From positions 34,720,001-34,784,000 of the forward strand of contig OX597825.1 in the NCBI GenBank assembly GCA_951406725.2: a DNA stretch of 64,000 bases, written 5' to 3'. Position 1 is the stretch's first letter, and each line of letters begins with the position of its first letter. The stretch is from Octopus vulgaris. Lineage: Eukaryota. Position numbers and translations under genes: made by a program. This document shows positions 39,001 to 52,700 of this stretch, piece after piece. The notes below the pieces were generated by a model that worked only from the letters and a program-made list of their open reading frames with translations, made no database searches and was not told the origin of the DNA.

Positions 39001-41710
39001 ATCAATTAGTAAAATATAAGATATTTATTTTTACATAAAAATAGGGGCGGGGGCACTGAGGGTATTATGTGCCCATGAGGGGAGCAGTGGCCCCAAAAGT
39101 TTGAGAACCTCTGCATTTAAACATGGTTCAGACAGAATTTGTTGAAACAGATTTCCTGGATATCCTTCCTGTTGCCAACCCTCACATGTTTCCCAGCAAG
39201 ATGATATTTCTCCATGACCAGACAAGTCATCATCATGCAGGTGGACGGATACCACTTGCTTATGGCCATCGTGCAATATTACGGCAAGGAAACACACACG
39301 TACATGTGAGTGTGTTTGTGTATATATGTGTGTGTGCATATATGTGTATATATCATCATCATTTAATGTCTGTTTCCATTGCTGGCATGAGTTGGCACAC
39401 CAGAGGACTGCTCCGAGCCCTGCTGTCTGTTTTGGCATGGTTTTTATGGCAGGATCCTCTTCCTAACACCAACCACTTTACAGAGTAGGCTGGATTCTCT
39501 TTACGTGACACCAGCACAGCTGAAGTCTGTTTTGGCATGATTTTCACAGCTGGATACCCTTCCAAATCCAACCACTTTACAGAGTAGGCTGAGTGCTTTT
39601 CACATGGCACTAGCACCAGTGAGGTATGTTTTGGCATGGTTTTTATGGCTGGATGCACTTCCTAATGCCAACCACTTTACAGAGTAGACTGGCACATTTT
39701 ATATGGCACCAGCACCAGCAAGGTTTACCAGGGCATACTCTCAAGTTAAAGGGATGAAAATATAAATTGGATGGTACAGCATTGCTAAGGGTGCACAAGT
39801 AGGGAGTTCACATGAATGCAAAGAGGGGGAAGGGGAGAGAATGCAGTGACTGGGGAAACTTGGGTATATGGAGTAGCAGGGAACAACAGGATAGCAATAA
39901 TACAGTGGGCAGGGCAGTGAGGACAGGATTGGGCTGCAGGAGTGGGTGGGGGGGGGGAGATAAGCATAATGTATACAAAAAGAGGAAATGTGAGGACAGT
40001 GAGAAGGGGAGATGTAGTTTGCTTCATTGGGGTAGGGCATGTGAAAATATTTTGTGTGTGTGTATATATACATATATATATACATACAAGAGGAAGTCAA
40101 AAATTATCTGCACTTTTGCCATAACATATCTTTATTATTGTCACACTACCTTCTGTACATGCGTGCTTATAGTTGATACTATTGTGGTCATGTGCTCGAA
40201 GTTTGATCCTGATTGTGCCAGTTTTATTTCTGGCTTTACTCTGTAAGTATGGCCGCTCCACTAGCAATGTGCACCAAAGAACAACAAAGAGCAGTGATCT
40301 GATTTCTCAGCAAGCTTGAGAGATGGTAATGGTGAACCAGCAAGTTATCGTCGATGAGGTAATTTGTTCTCTGCAGATTAGTCATGGTTCTGTCTTCCAA
40401 TAATCCACAATGAGTTCGGCTTCCATAAAGTCAGTGCAAGATGGGTGTAAAGAAAGCTTACTGCAGAGCACAAGTGCAAACATCTAGATGTCTGCCAACA
40501 TTTACTTGATTGCTACAACAATGAGGGTGAGGAATTCTTGAGCAGAATAGTCACAGAAAATGAAACATAGGTCTATCATTATGAAGCAGAATCCAAAAGA
40601 CAGAGTATGGAGTGGAAACATCCTTGCTCGCCAGCGACAAAGAAATCTGCTGTAAGAGCAAGGTCATCAGCATAGAGGAGCTCCCAAGGGCAGCCTGTCT
40701 TGAATTCCTCTGTTATTGCCTGGAGGACTATGATGAACAAGAGAGGGCTGAGCACCAATCCTTGGTGAACTCCTACTTGTATGCTGAATTCTTCGCTGTA
40801 CTCATTGCCTACCCTCACCTAACTGGTAGTGTCTCTGTACAAGGCTTGTACAGCTCTCACCAACCACTCATCTATCCCTAGTTTCTGCATTGACATCAGA
40901 TAAGGGATCAGAAAACTCCGTCAAAAGCTTTCTCCAAGTCAACAAAAGCCAAGTACAGAGGTTTATTTTTGGCTAGGCCTGCAGTTGCCTTACCAGAAAT
41001 ATAGCATCAGTGGTGCTTCTACCTGGCACAAAACAAAACTGCATCTCACCTAGACTCTCTCTTTCTCCTTAATTAGTTGGACTATGACTCTCTCCGCATA
41101 TTTCATCACCTGATCCAACAGTTTGATACCTCTGTAATTGTTTCTATCTAAGGCACCACCTTTACCTTTGTAGCAATTGGCTATGGTGCTGCTACACCAG
41201 TCATTGGATATGACTCCTTCATGAACCACCTGATTTACTATATAATATGGGTCACTAGACTATAACCCACACTGCCAGATATTTTAAGCATCTCATTGGT
41301 GATTCCTGATGGTCTGGGGGATTTCCCTATCTTCATACCCTTAATTGCTTTATCTACCAAGGTACTGTTGATTCGTGTAGCTAGTCCCTCAATTGGGTCA
41401 ACATTTGGCAGACACTCCTCATCCCATTCATTCTTCATGTTCAGCAATCTTTCGTAATGGCATGCATGCATACATACATACATACATATTTTGTTGTGTC
41501 TAGGGTTAATATAATTAGTATACACACTGGTTCAAATCCACCCAAATAATTAAGTATTCGATTGTTTTATTTTTCTTTGTTCTTAAACTGAACCAGCATG
41601 TATGTATTAATTATATTAGCATAATGACTCTCCCTAGAGACAACAAAATTTGTTTCAACACAAATTTGCATTGAGAATCTTGCAAGCCAGATACAGAAAT
41701 TAAGTATACA

Positions 41711-41757
<47 letters not shown>

Positions 41758-44700
41758 TCTCTCTCTCTGGACTTCTTTCAGTTCCCATGTACCATATCCA
41801 CTCGCATGACTTTGCATGGCCTATGGCTACTATAGTAGAAGGCATTTGCTCAAGGTACCACACAGTAGTACTGAATCTGAAACTGTCTGCTTGAGAAATA
41901 AACTTATTACTACACAGCCATACGTATCTGTGCTTATCAATAATAATGACAATGATGATAACGATTCCTAGTTATTTTTGCTTCAGCAGACTCATATCAC
42001 AAAAGTATATACTATCTTAGAAATTGTAGTTTTATAACAACCATTCTGATAGCAACCAAATCTCTCTCTTAATAACAGCCTAATGTCTTGAAAAACAAAT
42101 ACATTGGATAATGTGATACTAGTAAAAAAAAGAATTGGGGTTGTCATAGCTAGAATGTCTTTGCTTGCAGCATTCAATCATGATTGTCCCAAGATCAAAC
42201 AATAGCAGATAGATATATCAGATACTATATCTTGGATTTATATCTAAGATATATAAGCCAACCAGGCAGGTTCTATGCAGTTTCTTGACCTGCTTTTCAT
42301 ATCATTTCAGTCAGATCTTCCCGAAATGATATGTTATTTTAAATAAATAGGGCTATATGCATCACCATGTGATGCTTATGGACGAGGATAGCTGCATAAA
42401 GAAGGTGCTGATCTCTAACTGTGAAGGGAACTTGTGGAAAAGGTAGACCCAGGAAGATGAGGGATGAGGTGGTGAAATATGATCTTTGAATGTTGAGTCT
42501 CATGGAATGACCAAGACTATTGGCAATTTGCTGTGCTTGAGAAGACACATCAAGCTAAGTGAAGTCATAGTTGTAGCTACTGGCAGGGGTTGGATGGTTT
42601 GACCATAGCTAGCAAGCTTGGAAGCTGCACCAGGTTCCAGTCTAATTTAGCTTGGTTTCTACAGTTGAATGCTTTTCCTAACACTAATCACTTTATAGTG
42701 TGTGCTGCGTGCTTTTAATGTGCTACTGGCATGAGCACTTTTACATGGCACTTACTATGTGATACCAGTAAGAATTGTTTAAAAATGATCACTAAAATAT
42801 TTTGTGCATTGTGGAAGTATAACCAATTTATTTGCAGATAAGTTTTAACAACAAAATCTTATATGGACTCTGATTTAAAACCACTGCTTTAGTATTTAAG
42901 CTGGACATATCAGGCCCATATATTCTACATATTTTATGTTAAAACCAGCCAGATTCAGCCTCTAACTCTGCCATACAATCATATCATTAAAATCAGGAAG
43001 CTATGAGATAAGGCATGATTAATTCAAACCAATTTGAATAAATAAGTATTATGTAATCTGAATGCTAACGGGTTAAATCAAATGCTAATTTGGACTTAGC
43101 CATAATACCTAGACTAATCTGCAAACTGTGTTTTTGTTGGTATCAGGATTAAATAATTAATGAAAAACGTTTATGTGCAAAACAGCATCTGTTAGCAAAC
43201 CTAAGGATATTTCATTTAACTAGAGTTTTTAAGCCTTTGGTTTTTTTTCTATGAAGAGAATAATAAAATGTATTTACATCTGTTTGAATTCCCACAGTGA
43301 AAGGATAGAAAATTGTAGATTTATTACTTCAAAAATTTATCTTAGGTTTTTGATACATGATGTATGTTAAAAATATAATAACTTATCAATATGACTACAT
43401 CATCTCTAAATATACTTTTACATACATGCATACACGTATGAACATACATACAAGATTTGATCAATAAATATCCAGACTGTTGTCATAGTAACAAAGCTAA
43501 AGCACTCAGAGTGAAGTTGCTTGGCACAGATTGACCTTAGATACTGCTGTTTACAGCAGTGCTTGGAAGGAATATGTGTAGCATGTAATCATTGCATTGA
43601 CCATGACAGAAAAAGTTGTCATGGTAATACCTGTTCAGAGGCCTATGCAAAGTTGCAGAAAGTTTTTGGAGAGGAGTGTATGAGCCATGCACAAGTGTAC
43701 GAAAGGTTCAGCTGTTTCCAAGATGGCCAAAAAAATGTCAATAGTGATGAACATTCTGGGACCAGCAGAACTGAGAAAAACATTGCAGATGTGTGTGCAG
43801 CTGTGAGGGGGAATCATTGAATCACTATCTGTGAGTTATCAGAGGATGTGCAGATTAGTTACGGTTCAGTTTGGGTATGAGATGCATGTCTGCCAAACTG
43901 CCTTCAGCTGACCAAAAAGACACTTGGGTTTTAGTTGCACAAGATCTTGATTGTGTTGAGAATGATGAAAACTTTGCGTAGGCCTCTGAGCAGGTATCGT
44001 CAAGCTTTTGGCAAAATTTGATGCAGATTCTCTGCTCAACATTCTCTGTCATGGTCAATGCAACAATCACATGCTACACATGTTCCTTTCAAGCACTGCT
44101 GTAAACAGTGGAAGTGAGCTACAATGTTAAATCTTAGTGCACATGCATAGCAGAATTCAAGGTCAATCTGTGCCAAGCGGCTTCACACTACGTGCTTTAG
44201 CTTCATTACTATGGCAACAGTCTGGATACTTATTAATCAGACCATATCTACATACATATGCATTACAGCTGAATAAATTTAGACAGCTTCAGCATGCCTT
44301 TCACGGTTCCTGATTTATTTCTGTCTGCTCTCTATTCCTCTCTCCTCTCTCTCTCTTTCTCTCTCTCTCTGTTTGTCTAGTTGTTATTAGTTACTTTTAT
44401 TCTCTTTCACTTACATATATTTCAAATGAGTACATACACACACACACACACACTATATATATATAAATGGATGAATGAATTATCCTTTGTTTACCGTTAA
44501 CATGGAAAATTCAATAAACAGTTACCAGGGTAGCAAAATTCACGCAAGTAACACGGATGAAGCGACCTATTCAAAGGTAGAAACTCCGGTCTAATGTGCA
44601 GTATTTTGTGTAGTATAAGTAAATAGATGGAGTTGAACGCAGATGTTATTCAAATTCTTTTACTTTCAGCATATTTTAATAACATCTGCGTTCAACTCCA

Positions 44701-46421
44701 TTTATTTCCTTATATATATATATTTATATATTTATATATATGTAAAAGATATTCAAGAAGACATGTCTGTCTGATGAAACATCATTATATTTTAAACAGC
44801 ATTTTATTTTTGAAAAACCTGTTGCTTTTTTAATGGTGTAGAAACAGCAGTAATTTATTAGATGTGTCATTTGTTTGTATAAAAGAATAAAATTGAATTG
44901 AATTTATCATTTAATGATTAAATTATTTAATTGTTCAATTTATTATTTCAGTTTCCATTTCTAATTTATATCTATATTTCATTATTATCATAATCATCAT
45001 TGTTTAACATCTGTTTTCCATGCTGGCATGGGTTGGACAGTTCGACTGGGATCTGGGAAGTCAGGACGCTGCACCAGGCCCCAATCCAATCTGGCAGTGT
45101 TTCTATAGCTGGATGCCCTTCCTAATGCCAACCACTCCGAGAGTGTAGTGGGTGCTTTTTTACGTGCCACTGGCACAGGGACCAGAGGAGCTGGCATTGA
45201 CAACGATCAGATGGTGCTTTTTATGTGCCACCGGCATGAAAGCCAGTTAAAGCGGCACTGGCATTGGCCATGTTCGGATGGTGTTTTTACGTGCTACCAG
45301 CACAGGGGTCACAACTACAATTTCCATTTGATTTGATTTTGATATTGTTGTTGATGTCGATGTACTTGACTCAAAAGGTCTCCTCAAGCATGGCATGTTG
45401 CCCTACGATCCAAGGTACTTTTGAGTGGGCTGGTTATGTGACACTGGTGTAGGTTACAGCTGTGGACTCACTTTATTTGCTGGGTCTTCTCAGTCACAGC
45501 ATACCTACAGAGGTCTTGGTCTTTTGTCATTGCTTCTGTGAGGCCCAATGTTCGAAGATCATGCTTCACCACCTCATCCCATGTCTTCCTGGGTATCCCT
45601 CTACTCCGGATTCCTTCCACTGTTTGGGAGTGGCACTTCTTCACACAGCTTTCCTCATCCATCCGCAGTACATGACCATAACAATGCAAACGTCTCTCTT
45701 GCATGTCACATCTGATACTTCTTGTGTCTAACATTTCTCTCAGGGCACTTACACCCTGTTGTGTGTGCACACTGACACTACACATCCAGCAGATCATGCT
45801 AGCTTCATTTCTTTCAAGCCTACGCATGTCTTCAGCAGTCACGGCCCATATTTCTCTGCCGTGAAGCATGGCAGTTCACACACATGCATCATGCAATCTA
45901 CCTTTCACTCTGAGCAAGAGGCCCTTTGTCACCAGTAGGGATAGAATCTTTCTGCCCAGGCTATTCTTATTCTAGTGGTAGCACTCTTTGAGCATCCACC
46001 CCCACTACAGACTTGGTCACCTAGGTAGCAGAAGCTATCAACTACTTCTAGTTTCTCCCCCTGGCATGTGATGGAGTCTGTTTTCTGAGCATCTATGGTG
46101 TTTATTGCTCCTGTGCATCTACTGCACGTGAAAGCTATCTTCCCAGTTAATCTTCCTTTGATGTTGCTGCACCTCTTCTGTGTCCATAGCTTACACTAGG
46201 TACATCTTATGGAGTTTCTACCTACACTTTTTCTACTGATCGAGCAGGGCCACCTACCAGATGATAAGTTCGCCTTCCTACTTACTAGAACTTTGGTCTT
46301 TGCAACATTGACTCTAAGGCTCTTCGATTCTAAACCTTGCTTCCACACTTCTCTAGTTCTGGTAGTGATTCTGCTATGAGAGCTAGGTCATCAGCATTGA
46401 GGAGCTCCCAGAGGCAACCTG

Positions 46422-46484
<63 letters not shown>

Positions 46485-48267
46485 TATATATAGCTGTAGA
46501 AACACTGCCAGATCAGACTGGAGCCTGGTGCAGCCTTCTGGCTTCCCAGATCCCCGGTCGAACCGTCCAACCCATGCTAGCATGGAGAATGGACATTAAA
46601 CGATGATGATGATGATGTGTGTGTGTGTAACATATGGTATAATTATAAATGGGGTGAATTTTAGTAATTTCTCTGCAGACTGAAAAAAATTATGAACAAC
46701 CTTAATTAATTTTCAAACCTTATTGGGTTCTCATCAGAGGCGTCTACATCATTCTGACAAGCAGCCAAACTGTTTATATACTCAACAAATGCAGCAGTTA
46801 CTCTATAAAAGAGTCCCTAATTTGCATACAAAAAGTGTTTAACACTCTATAAATACCTGTGGCCTGTCAACGGGGATCATAGTTCACACAGTATCAAGGT
46901 ATGATAGAGAGAGTGAGAGAGAGACATAAACTCAAATATTGACATTCATGTAATTTTTAGTATTGTTTGTTGAGAACAAAGCAGATTACAAACTATGCAG
47001 AGAATTTGATACAATTTGAGTAATTGATATGTTTTAATAAATTGCTGAATGCTATGGGTGTATGTTCATTTCACTTGGTTGATCAGTTTTCAAACATTAA
47101 ATCAAATGTGGTCTCACTTTCTAGTATGTAATCTGCCTTTTAGTTAAGGAAATTAGAGAAGTCATGGAAGCTTGTGTACAGGTGTGAGGTACAGGTATGA
47201 GGTAAACAATGGAGAACTTAAGCTTGAAGATAATGCTCAAATTCTTACACACACACACACACACATGTGCATGTTCACAAAAACACATACTCACTACTTA
47301 GATATGCACATGCTCACACATACGTCGTCATCATCATTGTTATCAACAGCAGCATTATTTTATGTTTGCTTTTTCCATTCTGTTATGGTTTGGATTAGGC
47401 TCCTTTTGGCATTTTTCTGTAGTCAGATGCCCATTTTGACTCTGACTTTTACTTGCTTTCATCTAAGTCACACCAAACTGCTGCCAGCCTTGTTTATGGC
47501 ATTCATAAATGAAGTCTCTGTTGCCAATGTGAAGACATATGAAGACAAACATATGCATACACACATAATGAGCTATATACATACGGTTATTATCTACTAA
47601 ATTTTACTCACAGGGCATTGATAAGTCCAGTTTTATAGCAAATGACATTCACTCAAGATGCCATGCTATGGGATTGAACTGGAAACCATATGGCTGTGAA
47701 GCAAACTTAACCACACAGCCATGACTGGGCCATCATTCAGGCACGCATGCACACACACACACACACAAAGAGAGAGAGAGAAAGAGAGAAATGTAAGCTT
47801 GAATATAGACTTTCATTGTAATAGTCCAATTTTATTAATGTATGATTTGACATTTTGCTATCTTGTATTTCAGGGCTTTTGGGCTGCGATAACCCCCTTC
47901 AACTTCACAGCCATTGGAGCACATTTACCTGTGGCACCTGCCATTGTGGTAAGAAACTTATCACCTCTTCTCTTATCTTAAGTATAACCACTTGAAAAGA
48001 TATGTCAACAAATTGACATTCTTCTAAGCACGCTTGTTATGTATATTATCTAAACAAAATGCTGACTTGCTTATATTTATACATAATTTTCTGTGACCCG
48101 CTAATCACTTACTAACTTCTTAAGATATGTCAACAAATTGTCGTTCTTCTAAGCAAAATGCTAACTTGCTTACACTTAACACATAATTTTCTGCGACCCT
48201 TTAATCACTTACTGACTTTGAATGTATGTTTGTATGCATGTGTCTGTGTGCATATATGTATGTGTAC

Positions 48268-48320
<53 letters not shown>

Positions 48321-48336
48321 ATACATATATACATAC

Positions 48337-48382
<46 letters not shown>

Positions 48383-48458
48383 TATTAAATTAGAGATAAA
48401 ACCACTATTAGGCAAATCCCTGTAAATTTGGATTTACTCCCTAATATTATTATTAATT

Positions 48459-48503
<45 letters not shown>

Positions 48504-49748
48504 GTGTATATATATATGTGTGTAATATATATCATCATCATCTTCTTAATTTAATGTCCATGCTCATGCTGGTATGGGTTGGATGGTTTGACCAGAGCTG
48601 GCAAGCAGGAGAGCTGCACCAGGTTCCAGTCTTGGTAGAAACTCCATAAGATGCTCCCAGTGCAAGCTATGGTCACATAAAAGGTGCAGTAATATCAGAG
48701 GAAGGTTAACTGGGAAAATAGTTTTTGTGTGTGGAAGGTGCACAGGTACAATAGACACTGAAAATGTACAGAAATTAGACTCCATCAACTGCCAGGTGGG
48801 GTAAGCTAGAGATAGCAGATAGCTTCTGTTACCTAGGTGACCAAGTTAGTTGCAGAGGTGGATGCTTTGAAAGTGTAGCTGTGAGAATAAGAATAGGCTG
48901 GGCAAAGTTCAGAGAGCCCCGACCTCTGATGGCAACAATGGGCCTCTCCCTCAGAGTAAAAGGCAGACTGTATGATGTCTGTGTGTGAACATCTATGCTA
49001 CACAGCAGTGAAACATGAGCTGTGACAGCTGAGGACATGCAGGCTTGAAAGAAATGAAGCTAGCATGCATCGCTGGATGTGCAATGTCAGTGTGCATGTA
49101 CAAGAGAGTGTAAGCATCTAGAGAGAAAAGTTGAATATAAGAGGCATGAGATGTGGTCATGTGATGCACATGGACGAAGAAAGATGTGTCAAGAAGTGCT
49201 GATCTCTAATTATGATGGGAACCTAGGGTAGAGGTAGACCCAGGAAGGCATGGGACGAGGTGGTGAAGCACGATCTTTGAACTCATGGAGGCAATGACTA
49301 CCGACCATGACCTTTGGCAATATACCATGCTTGAGAAGACCCATCAAGCTAAGTGAAATCATAGTTGTGGCCAATGCTGGTGTCATATAACTGGCACCCA
49401 TGCCAGTGGCATGTAAAAAGCACCCTTCGAGCATTGGGCCTTGTGGAGGCAATGACAAATGATTGAGACCTTTCGCATTATGCTTAAGAAGAAGACCCAC
49501 CAAGACAAGTAAAATCGTAGTCATAGTAGATACTTGTGTCATGCAAATGACACCTGTGCTGGTGGCATGCAAAAGCACCCATTGCACTCTCAGAGTGGTT
49601 GGCATTACAAAGGGCATCCAGCTATTGGAACCATGCCACATCAGATTGGAATCTGATGTAGCCCCTCAGCTTACCAGCGCTGGTCAAACTGTTCAGCTCA
49701 TGCCAGTGTGGACAACAGATGTTAAATGATGATGATGATGATATATAT

Positions 49749-49780
<32 letters not shown>

Positions 49781-52700
49781 CATCAGTGAATGTACACTTT
49801 TCTATGCTTGCATAGCTCAGATGGAAATTATTGAGGCACATTTTCTATGGTTGCATGCTTGTTTTATTACTAACCTTCACCTGTTTCCAAAGAAGGTAAT
49901 AAATATTTCCCCATGACCAAAGATGTTTTCATCATGGAAGCCTGGAGATGAACAACATCCCTTGTTTGATGGTGATGCTCATTTACAACCATCACATGAT
50001 GTCAAGATGAGTACAGACAATCACAGTCAGACACTGACGCATACATACATATATTCATTTAGCATTTGTTTTCCATGCTAGCACAGATTGGATGGTTTGA
50101 CAGTAACTGGCAAGTCAGAAGACTGCATCAATTTCTACCCTTTCTAATACCAACCAACCACTTTATAGAGTGTACTTGGTGTTTTCTATGTGGAAGTTGC
50201 TGCAACAAAATCACCAAATAACATGCAAGACAAGACCTTTTAACAGGGGTGGTAAAAACATTTGAGGGACTAAAATGTTGTCTTGCATTAGAGGAGAAAC
50301 CTGGTTATTTCTGGTGGAAAGAGAGAGAGAGATGATTGTAAGGATCTGATGGGGAGGAGTAGGGGCTGTACACCCAAGTTAAAGTGGGGTGCATATAGTG
50401 AAGTGACCTGAGGATTGAAGAGGGTGATTAGGTGGGAAAGTTCACTAGACTGCAAAAGAGTGTGGAAGCTGGTGGAGTGGGGGAATATAATAAGTGGCAC
50501 AGGTAGAGGGAAGGGTATTAGGAGAATATTTATCCAAAGTGACTCAGCATTGTACCTTGGGCAGGTGTTTTCCATGTGGTTGGGAAGCTATGCTTGCACA
50601 TTATATATGATGATAATATATATGATGATATTATCATTTTTATGTCAGCTTTTTCCATGCTAGCATGAGTTGGATGAGACTTTTTGAGGTAGTATCCTAA
50701 GACTAGATGCCTTTCTTGATACCGACCCTTGTTTGCGAGTAAGCTACTCCACTGGTCTTCATATATCAAACCAGCTTCTTGCAGGACGTGATAAGTGTCA
50801 CCTAGTTGGTGTGAATGCGAGGCATGTAGAGACAAACAGCCATGTACTCTTATATGTGCATAGACATGCACTCTCACTCACTCACCCATTCTCTCTCTCA
50901 CAGAGAGAGAGAGAGAGAGAGAGACAAACAGACAGACAAACTGAGTAATAAATATGATGGATTTCTGTTTAAGCTCTGTCTCCCAAAAAACATCTTTGCA
51001 TCTGTCAGATAAAAATTACCAAACATCAGCAAAGGGCAGTGATATTCTGTACGTATAATGCATGTGAGATTAGTTCTTCACACAGACACACATGTATTTA
51101 GTTATATCCATATTGGTAAGTTCTAGATTATCTGTTCTTTGATCTAAAATGATTTACATGTTTTTTGTTTTTATTTTTCAGGGAAACGTTTGCTTGTGGA
51201 AACCATCAGACACTGCCATGTTGTCTAACTGGATAGCTTTCCAGATCCTGCGAGAGGCTGGAGTACCACCAGGTGTTATTAACTTTTTACCTGCTGATGG
51301 CCCAGTATTTGGAGATACAATCACCTCATCCCCTTATCTGTCTGGTATCAACTTTACTGGAAGTGTGAAGTAAGTCCTGTATTGGCAGACCTGTCATAGT
51401 TGATAATGTCTCTCTTTAGCTGGGAGTACTGTTTGGTCTTCAGGAGAGGAAATTCATCATGTTTATTAACCTGCTGTGTGTGTGCGCGTGCACGTACGTG
51501 CATGCCCACGCATGCATAAATCATTATGGGTATACTTGAAGGGTTTAGAAATTCACTTTGCAAATATGTAGCCTCCAGTTTGATTTGATCTACTGTTTAT
51601 CCTCCTGAGTAAGTGTCAAAGTCCAAAGTCAACCGTGGTGGAATTTGAACTAAGAACGTAAAGATGGAAGAAATACTGCTAAGCATTTTGTCCACTGTGC
51701 TGACAATTTTATATATAATAATGAAGTTATTGTATACAGTGCTCAGGTGCACCACAACTTGTCAAAAGTGCGTATAAAGCATATGCAGTAATGTACAAAT
51801 GTCTGGGAAGTGAACAGTGTATGAGTCAGATACATGCTTGCGTGTGTATGGAGGGGAGAAAATCAGGTGTAGTGTTGGTAAATCTCAGAAAGCATTGCCA
51901 GCTTACTCTGCAATATATGAGGTAGGTAATACAGTTGATTGGAGGTTTATGGCCCACTGGTTAAAGTGTTGTGTACATGATCATGGCTTCAGTTCCCAAA
52001 CTGGTTGTACTTCATTTTATGTTACCCCAATCCACTCAGCTGTAAATGGATAACCCTGTGATGGATTAGTGTGGAAGGGCGAGATAGTGACTTGGGAAAA
52101 TCACCTGAATGCAGGTCCCGCTAGCCACATTCTGGATTTGGCTATCAAAAGGATGAATAGTACAACCCGTTCTGTGAATCCCATCTGGTTGTGATTGTTT
52201 GTTCAACCACATCAAAGGTAAACTGGATGACTGGTATACTCTGCATCAAAGTCAAAGGAGAGAATTCATTGACAAAAATAATCTTTTCTGCTCTAGGCAC
52301 AAGTGCTTGAAATTTTGGGGGAGGTGGGGCAGGGGAGGGGGTAGTCGATTAGATTGACCTCAGTATGCAACTGGTACTTAATTTATCAACCCTAAAATGA
52401 TGAAAGGCAAAGTCGACCTCGATGGAATTCATTGACAAAAATAATTGTTTCCAATCAAGGTACAAGGCCAATAGTTTGATGAGGTGGGTATTAGTCAATT
52501 ACAGTCATGTACTTGACTGGCAGCTCATTTTATCACCCTTGGAGGGATGAAAGGCAAAGGTGAGCTTGGTAAGATTTGAACTGAGGACATAAAGTGCTGG
52601 AAGAGACTCTGCAAAGCATTTAGTTTTTCTGATGCCCTAAAGATTATGCCAGTCTGCTATCTTAATGTATGTAAAATAATGATTTCTAATATTTGAGTTA

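Noticed and set aside
39420-39720. CRISPR-like spaced repeats (CCAACCACTTTACAGAGTAG)
   Set aside because: Whole ~100-bp units are homologous, with no unique spacers or cas genes. They are tandem subunits of a common interspersed repeat in a eukaryotic intron.
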